Below the pieces are notes generated by a model. That model saw only the letters and a program-made list of their open reading frames with translations, was not told the origin of the DNA and made no database searches. The position numbers and the translations under genes are program-made. DNA of 64,000 nucleotides from Blastocladiella emersonii ATCC 22665 (Eukaryota > Fungi > Blastocladiomycota). Below, in pieces: positions 50,005-63,858 of this stretch. The number at the start of each line of letters is the position of its first letter. The stretch's first letter is position 1. The DNA is taken from NCBI GenBank assembly GCA_025594325.1, contig JANHCV010000015.1, positions 992,001-1,056,000 on the forward strand, in the 5' to 3' direction.

Positions 50005-52770
50005 GGCCCGCACGCCCACACGCACTCCCGCCAGGAGCATGTGGTGTGTGGGTCATCATCCACCATTCAGTTTGTAGTCCCTAGCACCCCTTGGCCCCAG
50101 CACTGTCTCCTTCCTGCAGGAGGAGCCCTGCCGCCTCAGCCCTCCGCAGCCAGCCCTCTGCAGCCCAGTGAAGCAGTACGGCTGCTACGCTGTTTGCAAG
50201 GTACGGTGGCCAGGGCGACGCAGGTGCTGTGGTGTTGCTTGCCACTTGGCTGGCGACAGGGGCTGGCGCACCCATTGCAAGGCGTTCTGACGGACCCCGC
50301 GGCCATGAAAGCATGGGGGCAGCACTGGACACGAGTCTATCAATCAACGGCACTGGGAGGGCAGGCAGGCGCACCCGTTGGAGCGAGCCGACCTGGATGA
50401 TAAATCATTGTTGAGTTGAGGACGCCTTGCATGCCTGCCGTTCATGCGAGCGTGTGTGACACCAGGGTGGCCGTTTGCGCCGTGTGCGCACGGCGTGGAG
50501 CGCCAGGCGCTGTGCGCTGTGCGCGCTGCACGGTGCGTGGTGTACATCCGTCAGCGGGTGAGTGGTTTCACGCGGATAGACAGAGGAGCTGCTCGGAACC
50601 CTCGTTGGCCCATCATCATGCAGGGCTTGGAGTGGACAGCAGAGCTGGCAGCCTGGAGGAGACCAGTCGTATATTGACAAACCGAACCCCTCTCAGACTA
50701 CATACGAGATAGATAATATCTACTGGGTGGGCGCTGTCAGTCAGGCTGTCAGTGTGGCAGGCTGCCAGGCTGCCAGGCTGCCAGGGCTCATCATTCATTC
50801 CTTTGTTGGCTGGGACGGCAACCAGAGAGCGCGGGCCCACAAAGACTTGCGAGGCGGTGTGGGTGTTCGGATAGCAGGTAGGCAAGTTGGCAGGTTGGCA
50901 GGTTGGCAGGCTGGCAGGTTGGCCGTTTACTTAGTTGATTGGACCGTGTACTTTGACGACGGGCTCCATACTTAGGGGATCGAAGAGTTGGCTAGTGGAG
51001 TGTGCACAAAGCGGTAGATTTGAATATCTGGCGCTTTGGTTCCTTGCCCACCTGGACGTGAGGGTATACGAAGATTTGATTGAGTATAGTTATGTTTGAG
51101 TACCATGACAATTATCAGCGTGGCGGGATTGATACATCCCGCTTGTCGGAAATTTTGTTGGTTCAATACTGTGATTTATCGGCCCTTGCCCACCTGGACA
51201 TGGGGCACTCGAAGATTTGAGTATGGTTTCGTTTGAGTGCCATGACAATTATCTGCGTGGCTGGTTTACGACATTTCTTTGGTCAGATATTGTGTTGCTG
51301 TGATACTGTGATTTATGGGTCCCTGGCTAGCTGGACAAGCGGGAAGTGAAAGATTTGAATATGGTTTTGTTTGAGTATCAAGACCATTACCTGCGTGGTC
51401 GGTTATGTAGACTCCTATGGTCAGATATTTTGTTGGTTTGATACTGTGATTTATGGGTCTCCAACCTGCTGGACATCTGGGAAGTCATAGATTTGAGTAT
51501 GGTTTTGTTTGAGTACCATGACAATTATCTCCGCAGCTTGTTTACTATGTTTCCATGGTCAGTTTTATTGTTGCTTTGAATTTACGATTTATGGGTCCTG
51601 AACAAGCTGGACATGTGAATAGTCAAAGACTTGACTATGGTTTTGTTTGAGTGCCATGACAATTACCTACGTGGCTTGTATACTCTATTTCCATGGTCAG
51701 ATATTTGTTGGTTCGATATTACGATTTATGGGTCCTCAACCAGCTTGACATGCGGGAAAGCAAAGATTAGAATATGGTTTTGATTAAGTACCATGACAAT
51801 CATCTGCGTGGCTGGTTTACTATATTTCCATGGTCAGATATTTTGTTGGTTCGATACTGTGATGTATGGGTCCCTGGCCAGCTGGACACACGGTAAAGCA
51901 AAGACTTGAAGATGGTTTTGTTTGAGTACCATAACAATCATGTACGAGGTTGGTTTACTATCTTTCTGTTGTCAAATATTTAGTTGCCGTGATACTGTGA
52001 TTTATGGGTCCCTGGCTAGCAGGACAAGCGGGTAGTCAAAGATTTGAATATGGTTTTGTTCGACTACCATGACAATTGTCTCCGTGGCTGGTTTGGTACG
52101 TCCCTATCATTGGTAAATTCATTGCGTGCATATTGTGATTCGTGGAGGGTCAATGTTGCTGCTACCTTGCCCGCATGCGCGCTGCGTCCGCCGACCCACC
52201 TAGGCCAGACAGGAAGGAAAGGGGACCCCAAGAGCCCCACGACACCACTGTAGCTCCACTACCACCACAGCACCCACCAACACCACCTACAAACAAACAC
52301 GACCCGCCAAGGCGCACGCAGCGACACCCGCAGCCATGCATGCCATGGCGTTGGTGGATGGTGGCCAACCAATCCTCATCACACACGACACGTATGAAGG
52401 TCTGCCTGCATCCACCCATCCATTCATTCAACACACGCTCCCTCACGCACCCTTTCACTTGTGTTGCTTGACAGCCAGCTAGCCAGGTCCGGCTGCTGCT
52501 ACCTATCCATTCTGCCTGCCTCCCACGCCCGCCGCGTCCTGAGCCAGGCAGGGCTGTGCTGCGATACACGGCCGCGGCCAGTCCACGGTAATGGTACCCA
52601 TGCAGTACGTTCCATGGCCGCCCGGCCACCCTAGCTTGGTGCTTGTGTGTCCCCTTGGTCACCTTGGTCACCTTGGTCACCTTGGTCACCTTGGTCACTT
52701 GGTCACTTGGTCTCTTGGTCTCTTGGCGCTTGTGATGGAGGTCTATCTAACCCAGGCACGCACGGACACA
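50005..52770. repeat. Unit 19, short (S)
   Basis: 2766-bp spacing. Confidence 0.95.
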
Positions 52771-55560
52771 GGCCCGCACGCCCACACGCACTCCCGCCAG
52801 GAGCATGTGGTGTGTGGGTCATCATCCACCATTCAGTTTGTAGTCCCTAGCACCCCTTGGCCCCAGCACTGTCTCCTTCCTGCAGGAGGAGCCCTGCCGC
52901 CTCAGCCCTCCGCAGCCAGCCCTCTGCAGCCCAGTGAAGCAGTACGGCTGCTACGCTGTTTGCAAGGTACGGTGGCCAGGGCGACGCAGGTGCTGTGGTG
53001 TTGCTTGCCACTTGGCTGGCGACAGGGGCTGGCGCACCCATTGCAAGGCGTTCTGACGGACCCCGCGGCCATGAAAGCATGGGGGCAGCACTGGACACGA
53101 GTCTATCAATCAACGGCACTGGGAGGGCAGGCAGGCGCACCCGTTGGAGCGAGCCGACCTGGATGATAAATCATTGTTGAGTTGAGGACGCCTTGCATGC
53201 CTGCCGTTCATGCGAGCGTGTGTGACACCAGGGTGGCCGTTTGCGCCGTGTGCGCACGGCGTGGAGCGCCAGGCGCTGTGCGCTGTGCGCGCTGCACGGT
53301 GCGTGGTGTACATCCGTCAGCGGGTGAGTGGTTTCACGCGGATAGACAGAGGAGCTGCTCGGAACCCTCGTTGGCCCATCATCATGCAGGGCTTGGAGTG
53401 GACAGCAGAGCTGGCAGCCTGGAGGAGACCAGTCGTATATTGACAAACCGAACCCCTCTCAGACTACATACGAGATAGATAATATCTACTGGGTGGGCGC
53501 TGTCAGTCAGGCTGTCAGTGTGGCAGGCTGCCAGGCTGCCAGGCTGCCAGGGCTCATCATTCATTCCTTTGTTGGCTGGGACGGCAACCAGAGAGCGCGG
53601 GCCCACAAAGACTTGCGAGGCGGTGTGGGTGTTCGGATAGCAGGTAGGCAAGTTGGCAGGTTGGCAGGTTGGCAGGTTGGCAGGTTGGCAGGTTGGCAGG
53701 CTGGCAGGTTGGCCGTTTACTTAGTTGATTGGACCGTGTACTTTGACGACGGGCTCCATACTTAGGGGATCGAAGAGTTGGCTAGTGGAGTGTGCACAAA
53801 GCGGTAGATTTGAATATCTGGCGCTTTGGTTCCTTGCCCACCTGGACGTGAGGGTATACGAAGATTTGATTGAGTATAGTTATGTTTGAGTACCATGACA
53901 ATTATCAGCGTGGCGGGATTGATACATCCCGCTTGTCGGAAATTTTGTTGGTTCAATACTGTGATTTATCGGCCCTTGCCCACCTGGACATGGGGCACTC
54001 GAAGATTTGAGTATGGTTTCGTTTGAGTGCCATGACAATTATCTGCGTGGCTGGTTTACGACATTTCTTTGGTCAGATATTGTGTTGCTGTGATACTGTG
54101 ATTTATGGGTCCCTGGCTAGCTGGACAAGCGGGAAGTGAAAGATTAGAATATGGTTTTGTTTGAGTATCAAGACCATTACCTGCGTGGTCGGTTATGTAG
54201 ACTCCTATGGTCAGATATTTTGTTGGTTTGATACTGTGATTTATGGGTCTCCAACCTGCTGGACATCTGGGAAGTCATAGATTTGAGTATGGTTTTGTTT
54301 GAGTACCATGACAATTATCTCCGCAGCTTGTTTACTATGTTTCCATGGTCAGTTTTATTGTTGCTTTGAATTTACGATTTATGGGTCCTGAACAAGCTGG
54401 ACATGTGAATAGTCAAAGACTTGACTATGGTTTTGTTTGAGTGCCATGACAATTACCTACGTGGCTTGTATACTCTATTTCCATGGTCAGATATTTGTTG
54501 GTTCGATATTACGATTTATGGGTCCTCAACCAGCTTGACATGCGGGAAAGCAAAGATTAGAATATGGTTTTGATTAAGTACCATGACAATCATCTGCGTG
54601 GCTGGTTTACTATATTTCCATGGTCAGATATTTTGTTGGTTCGATACTGTGATGTATGGGTCCCTGGCCAGCTGGACACACGGTAAAGCAAAGACTTGAA
54701 GATGGTTTTGTTTGAGTACCATAACAATCATGTACGAGGTTGGTTTACTATCTTTCTGTTGTCAAATATTTAGTTGCCGTGATACTGTGATTTATGGGTC
54801 CCTGGCTAGCAGGACAAGCGGGTAGTCAAAGATTTGAATATGGTTTTGTTCGACTACCATGACAATTGTCTCCGTGGCTGGTTTGGTACGTCCCTATCAT
54901 TGGTAAATTCATTGCGTGCATATTGTGATTCGTGGAGGGTCAATGTTGCTGCTACCTTGCCCGCATGCGCGCTGCGTCCGCCGACCCACCTAGGCCAGAC
55001 AGGAAGGAAAGGGGACCCCAAGAGCCCCACGACACCACTGTAGCTCCACTACCACCACAGCACCCACCAACACCACCTACAAACAAACACGACCCGCCAA
55101 GGCGCACGCAGCGACACCCGCAGCCATGCATGCCATGGCGTTGGTGGATGGTGGCCAACCAATCCTCATCACACACGACACGTATGAAGGTCTGCCTGCA
55201 TCCACCCATCCATTCATTCAACACACGCTCCCTCACGCACCCTTTCACTTGTGTTGCTTGACAGCCAGCTAGCCAGGTCCGGCTGCTGCTACCTATCCAT
55301 TCTGCCTGCCTCCCACGCCCGCCGCGTCCTGAGCCAGGCAGGGCTGTGCTGCGATACACGGCCGCGGCCAGTCCACGGTAATGGTACCCATGCAGTACGT
55401 TCCATGGCCGCCCGGCCACCCTAGCTTGGTGCTTGTGTGTCCCCTTGGTCACCTTGGTCACCTTGGTCACCTTGGTCACCTTGGTCACTTGGTCACTTGG
55501 TCTCTTGGTCTCTTGGCGCTTGTGATGGAGGTCTATCTAACCCAGGCACGCACGGACACA
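52771..55560. repeat. Unit 20, long (L*)
   Basis: 9 octamers plus A at 54146. Confidence 0.95.
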
Positions 55561-58326
55561 GGCCCGCACGCCCACACGCACTCCCGCCAGGAGCATGTGG
55601 TGTGTGGGTCATCATCCACCATTCAGTTTGTAGTCCCTAGCACCCCTTGGCCCCAGCACTGTCTCCTTCCTGCAGGAGGAGCCCTGCCGCCTCAGCCCTC
55701 CGCAGCCAGCCCTCTGCAGCCCAGTGAAGCAGTACGGCTGCTACGCTGTTTGCAAGGTACGGTGGCCAGGGCGACGCAGGTGCTGTGGTGTTGCTTGCCA
55801 CTTGGCTGGCGACAGGGGCTGGCGCACCCATTGCAAGGCGTTCTGACGGACCCCGCGGCCATGAAAGCATGGGGGCAGCACTGGACACGAGTCTATCAAT
55901 CAACGGCACTGGGAGGGCAGGCAGGCGCACCCGTTGGAGCGAGCCGACCTGGATGATAAATCATTGTTGAGTTGAGGACGCCTTGCATGCCTGCCGTTCA
56001 TGCGAGCGTGTGTGACACCAGGGTGGCCGTTTGCGCCGTGTGCGCACGGCGTGGAGCGCCAGGCGCTGTGCGCTGTGCGCGCTGCACGGTGCGTGGTGTA
56101 CATCCGTCAGCGGGTGAGTGGTTTCACGCGGATAGACAGAGGAGCTGCTCGGAACCCTCGTTGGCCCATCATCATGCAGGGCTTGGAGTGGACAGCAGAG
56201 CTGGCAGCCTGGAGGAGACCAGTCGTATATTGACAAACCGAACCCCTCTCAGACTACATACGAGATAGATAATATCTACTGGGTGGGCGCTGTCAGTCAG
56301 GCTGTCAGTGTGGCAGGCTGCCAGGCTGCCAGGCTGCCAGGGCTCATCATTCATTCCTTTGTTGGCTGGGACGGCAACCAGAGAGCGCGGGCCCACAAAG
56401 ACTTGCGAGGCGGTGTGGGTGTTCGGATAGCAGGTAGGCAAGTTGGCAGGTTGGCAGGTTGGCAGGCTGGCAGGTTGGCCGTTTACTTAGTTGATTGGAC
56501 CGTGTACTTTGACGACGGGCTCCATACTTAGGGGATCGAAGAGTTGGCTAGTGGAGTGTGCACAAAGCGGTAGATTTGAATATCTGGCGCTTTGGTTCCT
56601 TGCCCACCTGGACGTGAGGGTATACGAAGATTTGATTGAGTATAGTTATGTTTGAGTACCATGACAATTATCAGCGTGGCGGGATTGATACATCCCGCTT
56701 GTCGGAAATTTTGTTGGTTCAATACTGTGATTTATCGGCCCTTGCCCACCTGGACATGGGGCACTCGAAGATTTGAGTATGGTTTCGTTTGAGTGCCATG
56801 ACAATTATCTGCGTGGCTGGTTTACGACATTTCTTTGGTCAGATATTGTGTTGCTGTGATACTGTGATTTATGGGTCCCTGGCTAGCTGGACAAGCGGGA
56901 AGTGAAAGATTTGAATATGGTTTTGTTTGAGTATCAAGACCATTACCTGCGTGGTCGGTTATGTAGACTCCTATGGTCAGATATTTTGTTGGTTTGATAC
57001 TGTGATTTATGGGTCTCCAACCTGCTGGACATCTGGGAAGTCATAGATTTGAGTATGGTTTTGTTTGAGTACCATGACAATTATCTCCGCAGCTTGTTTA
57101 CTATGTTTCCATGGTCAGTTTTATTGTTGCTTTGAATTTACGATTTATGGGTCCTGAACAAGCTGGACATGTGAATAGTCAAAGACTTGACTATGGTTTT
57201 GTTTGAGTGCCATGACAATTACCTACGTGGCTTGTATACTCTATTTCCATGGTCAGATATTTGTTGGTTCGATATTACGATTTATGGGTCCTCAACCAGC
57301 TTGACATGCGGGAAAGCAAAGATTAGAATATGGTTTTGATTAAGTACCATGACAATCATCTGCGTGGCTGGTTTACTATATTTCCATGGTCAGATATTTT
57401 GTTGGTTCGATACTGTGATGTATGGGTCCCTGGCCAGCTGGACACACGGTAAAGCAAAGACTTGAAGATGGTTTTGTTTGAGTACCATAACAATCATGTA
57501 CGAGGTTGGTTTACTATCTTTCTGTTGTCAAATATTTAGTTGCCGTGATACTGTGATTTATGGGTCCCTGGCTAGCAGGACAAGCGGGTAGTCAAAGATT
57601 TGAATATGGTTTTGTTCGACTACCATGACAATTGTCTCCGTGGCTGGTTTGGTACGTCCCTATCATTGGTAAATTCATTGCGTGCATATTGTGATTCGTG
57701 GAGGGTCAATGTTGCTGCTACCTTGCCCGCATGCGCGCTGCGTCCGCCGACCCACCTAGGCCAGACAGGAAGGAAAGGGGACCCCAAGAGCCCCACGACA
57801 CCACTGTAGCTCCACTACCACCACAGCACCCACCAACACCACCTACAAACAAACACGACCCGCCAAGGCGCACGCAGCGACACCCGCAGCCATGCATGCC
57901 ATGGCGTTGGTGGATGGTGGCCAACCAATCCTCATCACACACGACACGTATGAAGGTCTGCCTGCATCCACCCATCCATTCATTCAACACACGCTCCCTC
58001 ACGCACCCTTTCACTTGTGTTGCTTGACAGCCAGCTAGCCAGGTCCGGCTGCTGCTACCTATCCATTCTGCCTGCCTCCCACGCCCGCCGCGTCCTGAGC
58101 CAGGCAGGGCTGTGCTGCGATACACGGCCGCGGCCAGTCCACGGTAATGGTACCCATGCAGTACGTTCCATGGCCGCCCGGCCACCCTAGCTTGGTGCTT
58201 GTGTGTCCCCTTGGTCACCTTGGTCACCTTGGTCACCTTGGTCACCTTGGTCACTTGGTCACTTGGTCTCTTGGTCTCTTGGCGCTTGTGATGGAGGTCT
58301 ATCTAACCCAGGCACGCACGGACACA
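55561..58326. repeat. Unit 21, short (S)
   Basis: 2766-bp spacing. Confidence 0.95.
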
Positions 58327-61092
58327 GGCCCGCACGCCCACACGCACTCCCGCCAGGAGCATGTGGTGTGTGGGTCATCATCCACCATTCAGTTTGTAGT
58401 CCCTAGCACCCCTTGGCCCCAGCACTGTCTCCTTCCTGCAGGAGGAGCCCTGCCGCCTCAGCCCTCCGCAGCCAGCCCTCTGCAGCCCAGTGAAGCAGTA
58501 CGGCTGCTACGCTGTTTGCAAGGTACGGTGGCCAGGGCGACGCAGGTGCTGTGGTGTTGCTTGCCACTTGGCTGGCGACAGGGGCTGGCGCACCCATTGC
58601 AAGGCGTTCTGACGGACCCCGCGGCCATGAAAGCATGGGGGCAGCACTGGACACGAGTCTATCAATCAACGGCACTGGGAGGGCAGGCAGGCGCACCCGT
58701 TGGAGCGAGCCGACCTGGATGATAAATCATTGTTGAGTTGAGGACGCCTTGCATGCCTGCCGTTCATGCGAGCGTGTGTGACACCAGGGTGGCCGTTTGC
58801 GCCGTGTGCGCACGGCGTGGAGCGCCAGGCGCTGTGCGCTGTGCGCGCTGCACGGTGCGTGGTGTACATCCGTCAGCGGGTGAGTGGTTTCACGCGGATA
58901 GACAGAGGAGCTGCTCGGAACCCTCGTTGGCCCATCATCATGCAGGGCTTGGAGTGGACAGCAGAGCTGGCAGCCTGGAGGAGACCAGTCGTATATTGAC
59001 AAACCGAACCCCTCTCAGACTACATACGAGATAGATAATATCTACTGGGTGGGCGCTGTCAGTCAGGCTGTCAGTGTGGCAGGCTGCCAGGCTGCCAGGC
59101 TGCCAGGGCTCATCATTCATTCCTTTGTTGGCTGGGACGGCAACCAGAGAGCGCGGGCCCACAAAGACTTGCGAGGCGGTGTGGGTGTTCGGATAGCAGG
59201 TAGGCAAGTTGGCAGGTTGGCAGGTTGGCAGGCTGGCAGGTTGGCCGTTTACTTAGTTGATTGGACCGTGTACTTTGACGACGGGCTCCATACTTAGGGG
59301 ATCGAAGAGTTGGCTAGTGGAGTGTGCACAAAGCGGTAGATTTGAATATCTGGCGCTTTGGTTCCTTGCCCACCTGGACGTGAGGGTATACGAAGATTTG
59401 ATTGAGTATAGTTATGTTTGAGTACCATGACAATTATCAGCGTGGCGGGATTGATACATCCCGCTTGTCGGAAATTTTGTTGGTTCAATACTGTGATTTA
59501 TCGGCCCTTGCCCACCTGGACATGGGGCACTCGAAGATTTGAGTATGGTTTCGTTTGAGTGCCATGACAATTATCTGCGTGGCTGGTTTACGACATTTCT
59601 TTGGTCAGATATTGTGTTGCTGTGATACTGTGATTTATGGGTCCCTGGCTAGCTGGACAAGCGGGAAGTGAAAGATTTGAATATGGTTTTGTTTGAGTAT
59701 CAAGACCATTACCTGCGTGGTCGGTTATGTAGACTCCTATGGTCAGATATTTTGTTGGTTTGATACTGTGATTTATGGGTCTCCAACCTGCTGGACATCT
59801 GGGAAGTCATAGATTTGAGTATGGTTTTGTTTGAGTACCATGACAATTATCTCCGCAGCTTGTTTACTATGTTTCCATGGTCAGTTTTATTGTTGCTTTG
59901 AATTTACGATTTATGGGTCCTGAACAAGCTGGACATGTGAATAGTCAAAGACTTGACTATGGTTTTGTTTGAGTGCCATGACAATTACCTACGTGGCTTG
60001 TATACTCTATTTCCATGGTCAGATATTTGTTGGTTCGATATTACGATTTATGGGTCCTCAACCAGCTTGACATGCGGGAAAGCAAAGATTAGAATATGGT
60101 TTTGATTAAGTACCATGACAATCATCTGCGTGGCTGGTTTACTATATTTCCATGGTCAGATATTTTGTTGGTTCGATACTGTGATGTATGGGTCCCTGGC
60201 CAGCTGGACACACGGTAAAGCAAAGACTTGAAGATGGTTTTGTTTGAGTACCATAACAATCATGTACGAGGTTGGTTTACTATCTTTCTGTTGTCAAATA
60301 TTTAGTTGCCGTGATACTGTGATTTATGGGTCCCTGGCTAGCAGGACAAGCGGGTAGTCAAAGATTTGAATATGGTTTTGTTCGACTACCATGACAATTG
60401 TCTCCGTGGCTGGTTTGGTACGTCCCTATCATTGGTAAATTCATTGCGTGCATATTGTGATTCGTGGAGGGTCAATGTTGCTGCTACCTTGCCCGCATGC
60501 GCGCTGCGTCCGCCGACCCACCTAGGCCAGACAGGAAGGAAAGGGGACCCCAAGAGCCCCACGACACCACTGTAGCTCCACTACCACCACAGCACCCACC
60601 AACACCACCTACAAACAAACACGACCCGCCAAGGCGCACGCAGCGACACCCGCAGCCATGCATGCCATGGCGTTGGTGGATGGTGGCCAACCAATCCTCA
60701 TCACACACGACACGTATGAAGGTCTGCCTGCATCCACCCATCCATTCATTCAACACACGCTCCCTCACGCACCCTTTCACTTGTGTTGCTTGACAGCCAG
60801 CTAGCCAGGTCCGGCTGCTGCTACCTATCCATTCTGCCTGCCTCCCACGCCCGCCGCGTCCTGAGCCAGGCAGGGCTGTGCTGCGATACACGGCCGCGGC
60901 CAGTCCACGGTAATGGTACCCATGCAGTACGTTCCATGGCCGCCCGGCCACCCTAGCTTGGTGCTTGTGTGTCCCCTTGGTCACCTTGGTCACCTTGGTC
61001 ACCTTGGTCACCTTGGTCACTTGGTCACTTGGTCTCTTGGTCTCTTGGCGCTTGTGATGGAGGTCTATCTAACCCAGGCACGCACGGACACA
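58327..61092. repeat. Unit 22, short (S)
   Basis: 2766-bp spacing. Confidence 0.95.
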
Positions 61093-63858
61093 GGCCCGCA
61101 CGCCCACACGCACTCCCGCCAGGAGCATGTGGTGTGTGGGTCATCATCCACCATTCAGTTTGTAGTCCCTAGCACCCCTTGGCCCCAGCACTGTCTCCTT
61201 CCTGCAGGAGGAGCCCTGCCGCCTCAGCCCTCCGCAGCCAGCCCTCTGCAGCCCAGTGAAGCAGTACGGCTGCTACGCTGTTTGCAAGGTACGGTGGCCA
61301 GGGCGACGCAGGTGCTGTGGTGTTGCTTGCCACTTGGCTGGCGACAGGGGCTGGCGCACCCATTGCAAGGCGTTCTGACGGACCCCGCGGCCATGAAAGC
61401 ATGGGGGCAGCACTGGACACGAGTCTATCAATCAACGGCACTGGGAGGGCAGGCAGGCGCACCCGTTGGAGCGAGCCGACCTGGATGATAAATCATTGTT
61501 GAGTTGAGGACGCCTTGCATGCCTGCCGTTCATGCGAGCGTGTGTGACACCAGGGTGGCCGTTTGCGCCGTGTGCGCACGGCGTGGAGCGCCAGGCGCTG
61601 TGCGCTGTGCGCGCTGCACGGTGCGTGGTGTACATCCGTCAGCGGGTGAGTGGTTTCACGCGGATAGACAGAGGAGCTGCTCGGAACCCTCGTTGGCCCA
61701 TCATCATGCAGGGCTTGGAGTGGACAGCAGAGCTGGCAGCCTGGAGGAGACCAGTCGTATATTGACAAACCGAACCCCTCTCAGACTACATACGAGATAG
61801 ATAATATCTACTGGGTGGGCGCTGTCAGTCAGGCTGTCAGTGTGGCAGGCTGCCAGGCTGCCAGGCTGCCAGGGCTCATCATTCATTCCTTTGTTGGCTG
61901 GGACGGCAACCAGAGAGCGCGGGCCCACAAAGACTTGCGAGGCGGTGTGGGTGTTCGGATAGCAGGTAGGCAAGTTGGCAGGTTGGCAGGTTGGCAGGCT
62001 GGCAGGTTGGCCGTTTACTTAGTTGATTGGACCGTGTACTTTGACGACGGGCTCCATACTTAGGGGATCGAAGAGTTGGCTAGTGGAGTGTGCACAAAGC
62101 GGTAGATTTGAATATCTGGCGCTTTGGTTCCTTGCCCACCTGGACGTGAGGGTATACGAAGATTTGATTGAGTATAGTTATGTTTGAGTACCATGACAAT
62201 TATCAGCGTGGCGGGATTGATACATCCCGCTTGTCGGAAATTTTGTTGGTTCAATACTGTGATTTATCGGCCCTTGCCCACCTGGACATGGGGCACTCGA
62301 AGATTTGAGTATGGTTTCGTTTGAGTGCCATGACAATTATCTGCGTGGCTGGTTTACGACATTTCTTTGGTCAGATATTGTGTTGCTGTGATACTGTGAT
62401 TTATGGGTCCCTGGCTAGCTGGACAAGCGGGAAGTGAAAGATTTGAATATGGTTTTGTTTGAGTATCAAGACCATTACCTGCGTGGTCGGTTATGTAGAC
62501 TCCTATGGTCAGATATTTTGTTGGTTTGATACTGTGATTTATGGGTCTCCAACCTGCTGGACATCTGGGAAGTCATAGATTTGAGTATGGTTTTGTTTGA
62601 GTACCATGACAATTATCTCCGCAGCTTGTTTACTATGTTTCCATGGTCAGTTTTATTGTTGCTTTGAATTTACGATTTATGGGTCCTGAACAAGCTGGAC
62701 ATGTGAATAGTCAAAGACTTGACTATGGTTTTGTTTGAGTGCCATGACAATTACCTACGTGGCTTGTATACTCTATTTCCATGGTCAGATATTTGTTGGT
62801 TCGATATTACGATTTATGGGTCCTCAACCAGCTTGACATGCGGGAAAGCAAAGATTAGAATATGGTTTTGATTAAGTACCATGACAATCATCTGCGTGGC
62901 TGGTTTACTATATTTCCATGGTCAGATATTTTGTTGGTTCGATACTGTGATGTATGGGTCCCTGGCCAGCTGGACACACGGTAAAGCAAAGACTTGAAGA
63001 TGGTTTTGTTTGAGTACCATAACAATCATGTACGAGGTTGGTTTACTATCTTTCTGTTGTCAAATATTTAGTTGCCGTGATACTGTGATTTATGGGTCCC
63101 TGGCTAGCAGGACAAGCGGGTAGTCAAAGATTTGAATATGGTTTTGTTCGACTACCATGACAATTGTCTCCGTGGCTGGTTTGGTACGTCCCTATCATTG
63201 GTAAATTCATTGCGTGCATATTGTGATTCGTGGAGGGTCAATGTTGCTGCTACCTTGCCCGCATGCGCGCTGCGTCCGCCGACCCACCTAGGCCAGACAG
63301 GAAGGAAAGGGGACCCCAAGAGCCCCACGACACCACTGTAGCTCCACTACCACCACAGCACCCACCAACACCACCTACAAACAAACACGACCCGCCAAGG
63401 CGCACGCAGCGACACCCGCAGCCATGCATGCCATGGCGTTGGTGGATGGTGGCCAACCAATCCTCATCACACACGACACGTATGAAGGTCTGCCTGCATC
63501 CACCCATCCATTCATTCAACACACGCTCCCTCACGCACCCTTTCACTTGTGTTGCTTGACAGCCAGCTAGCCAGGTCCGGCTGCTGCTACCTATCCATTC
63601 TGCCTGCCTCCCACGCCCGCCGCGTCCTGAGCCAGGCAGGGCTGTGCTGCGATACACGGCCGCGGCCAGTCCACGGTAATGGTACCCATGCAGTACGTTC
63701 CATGGCCGCCCGGCCACCCTAGCTTGGTGCTTGTGTGTCCCCTTGGTCACCTTGGTCACCTTGGTCACCTTGGTCACCTTGGTCACTTGGTCACTTGGTC
63801 TCTTGGTCTCTTGGCGCTTGTGATGGAGGTCTATCTAACCCAGGCACGCACGGACACA
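61093..63858. repeat. Unit 23, short (S)
   Basis: 2766-bp spacing. Confidence 0.95.
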
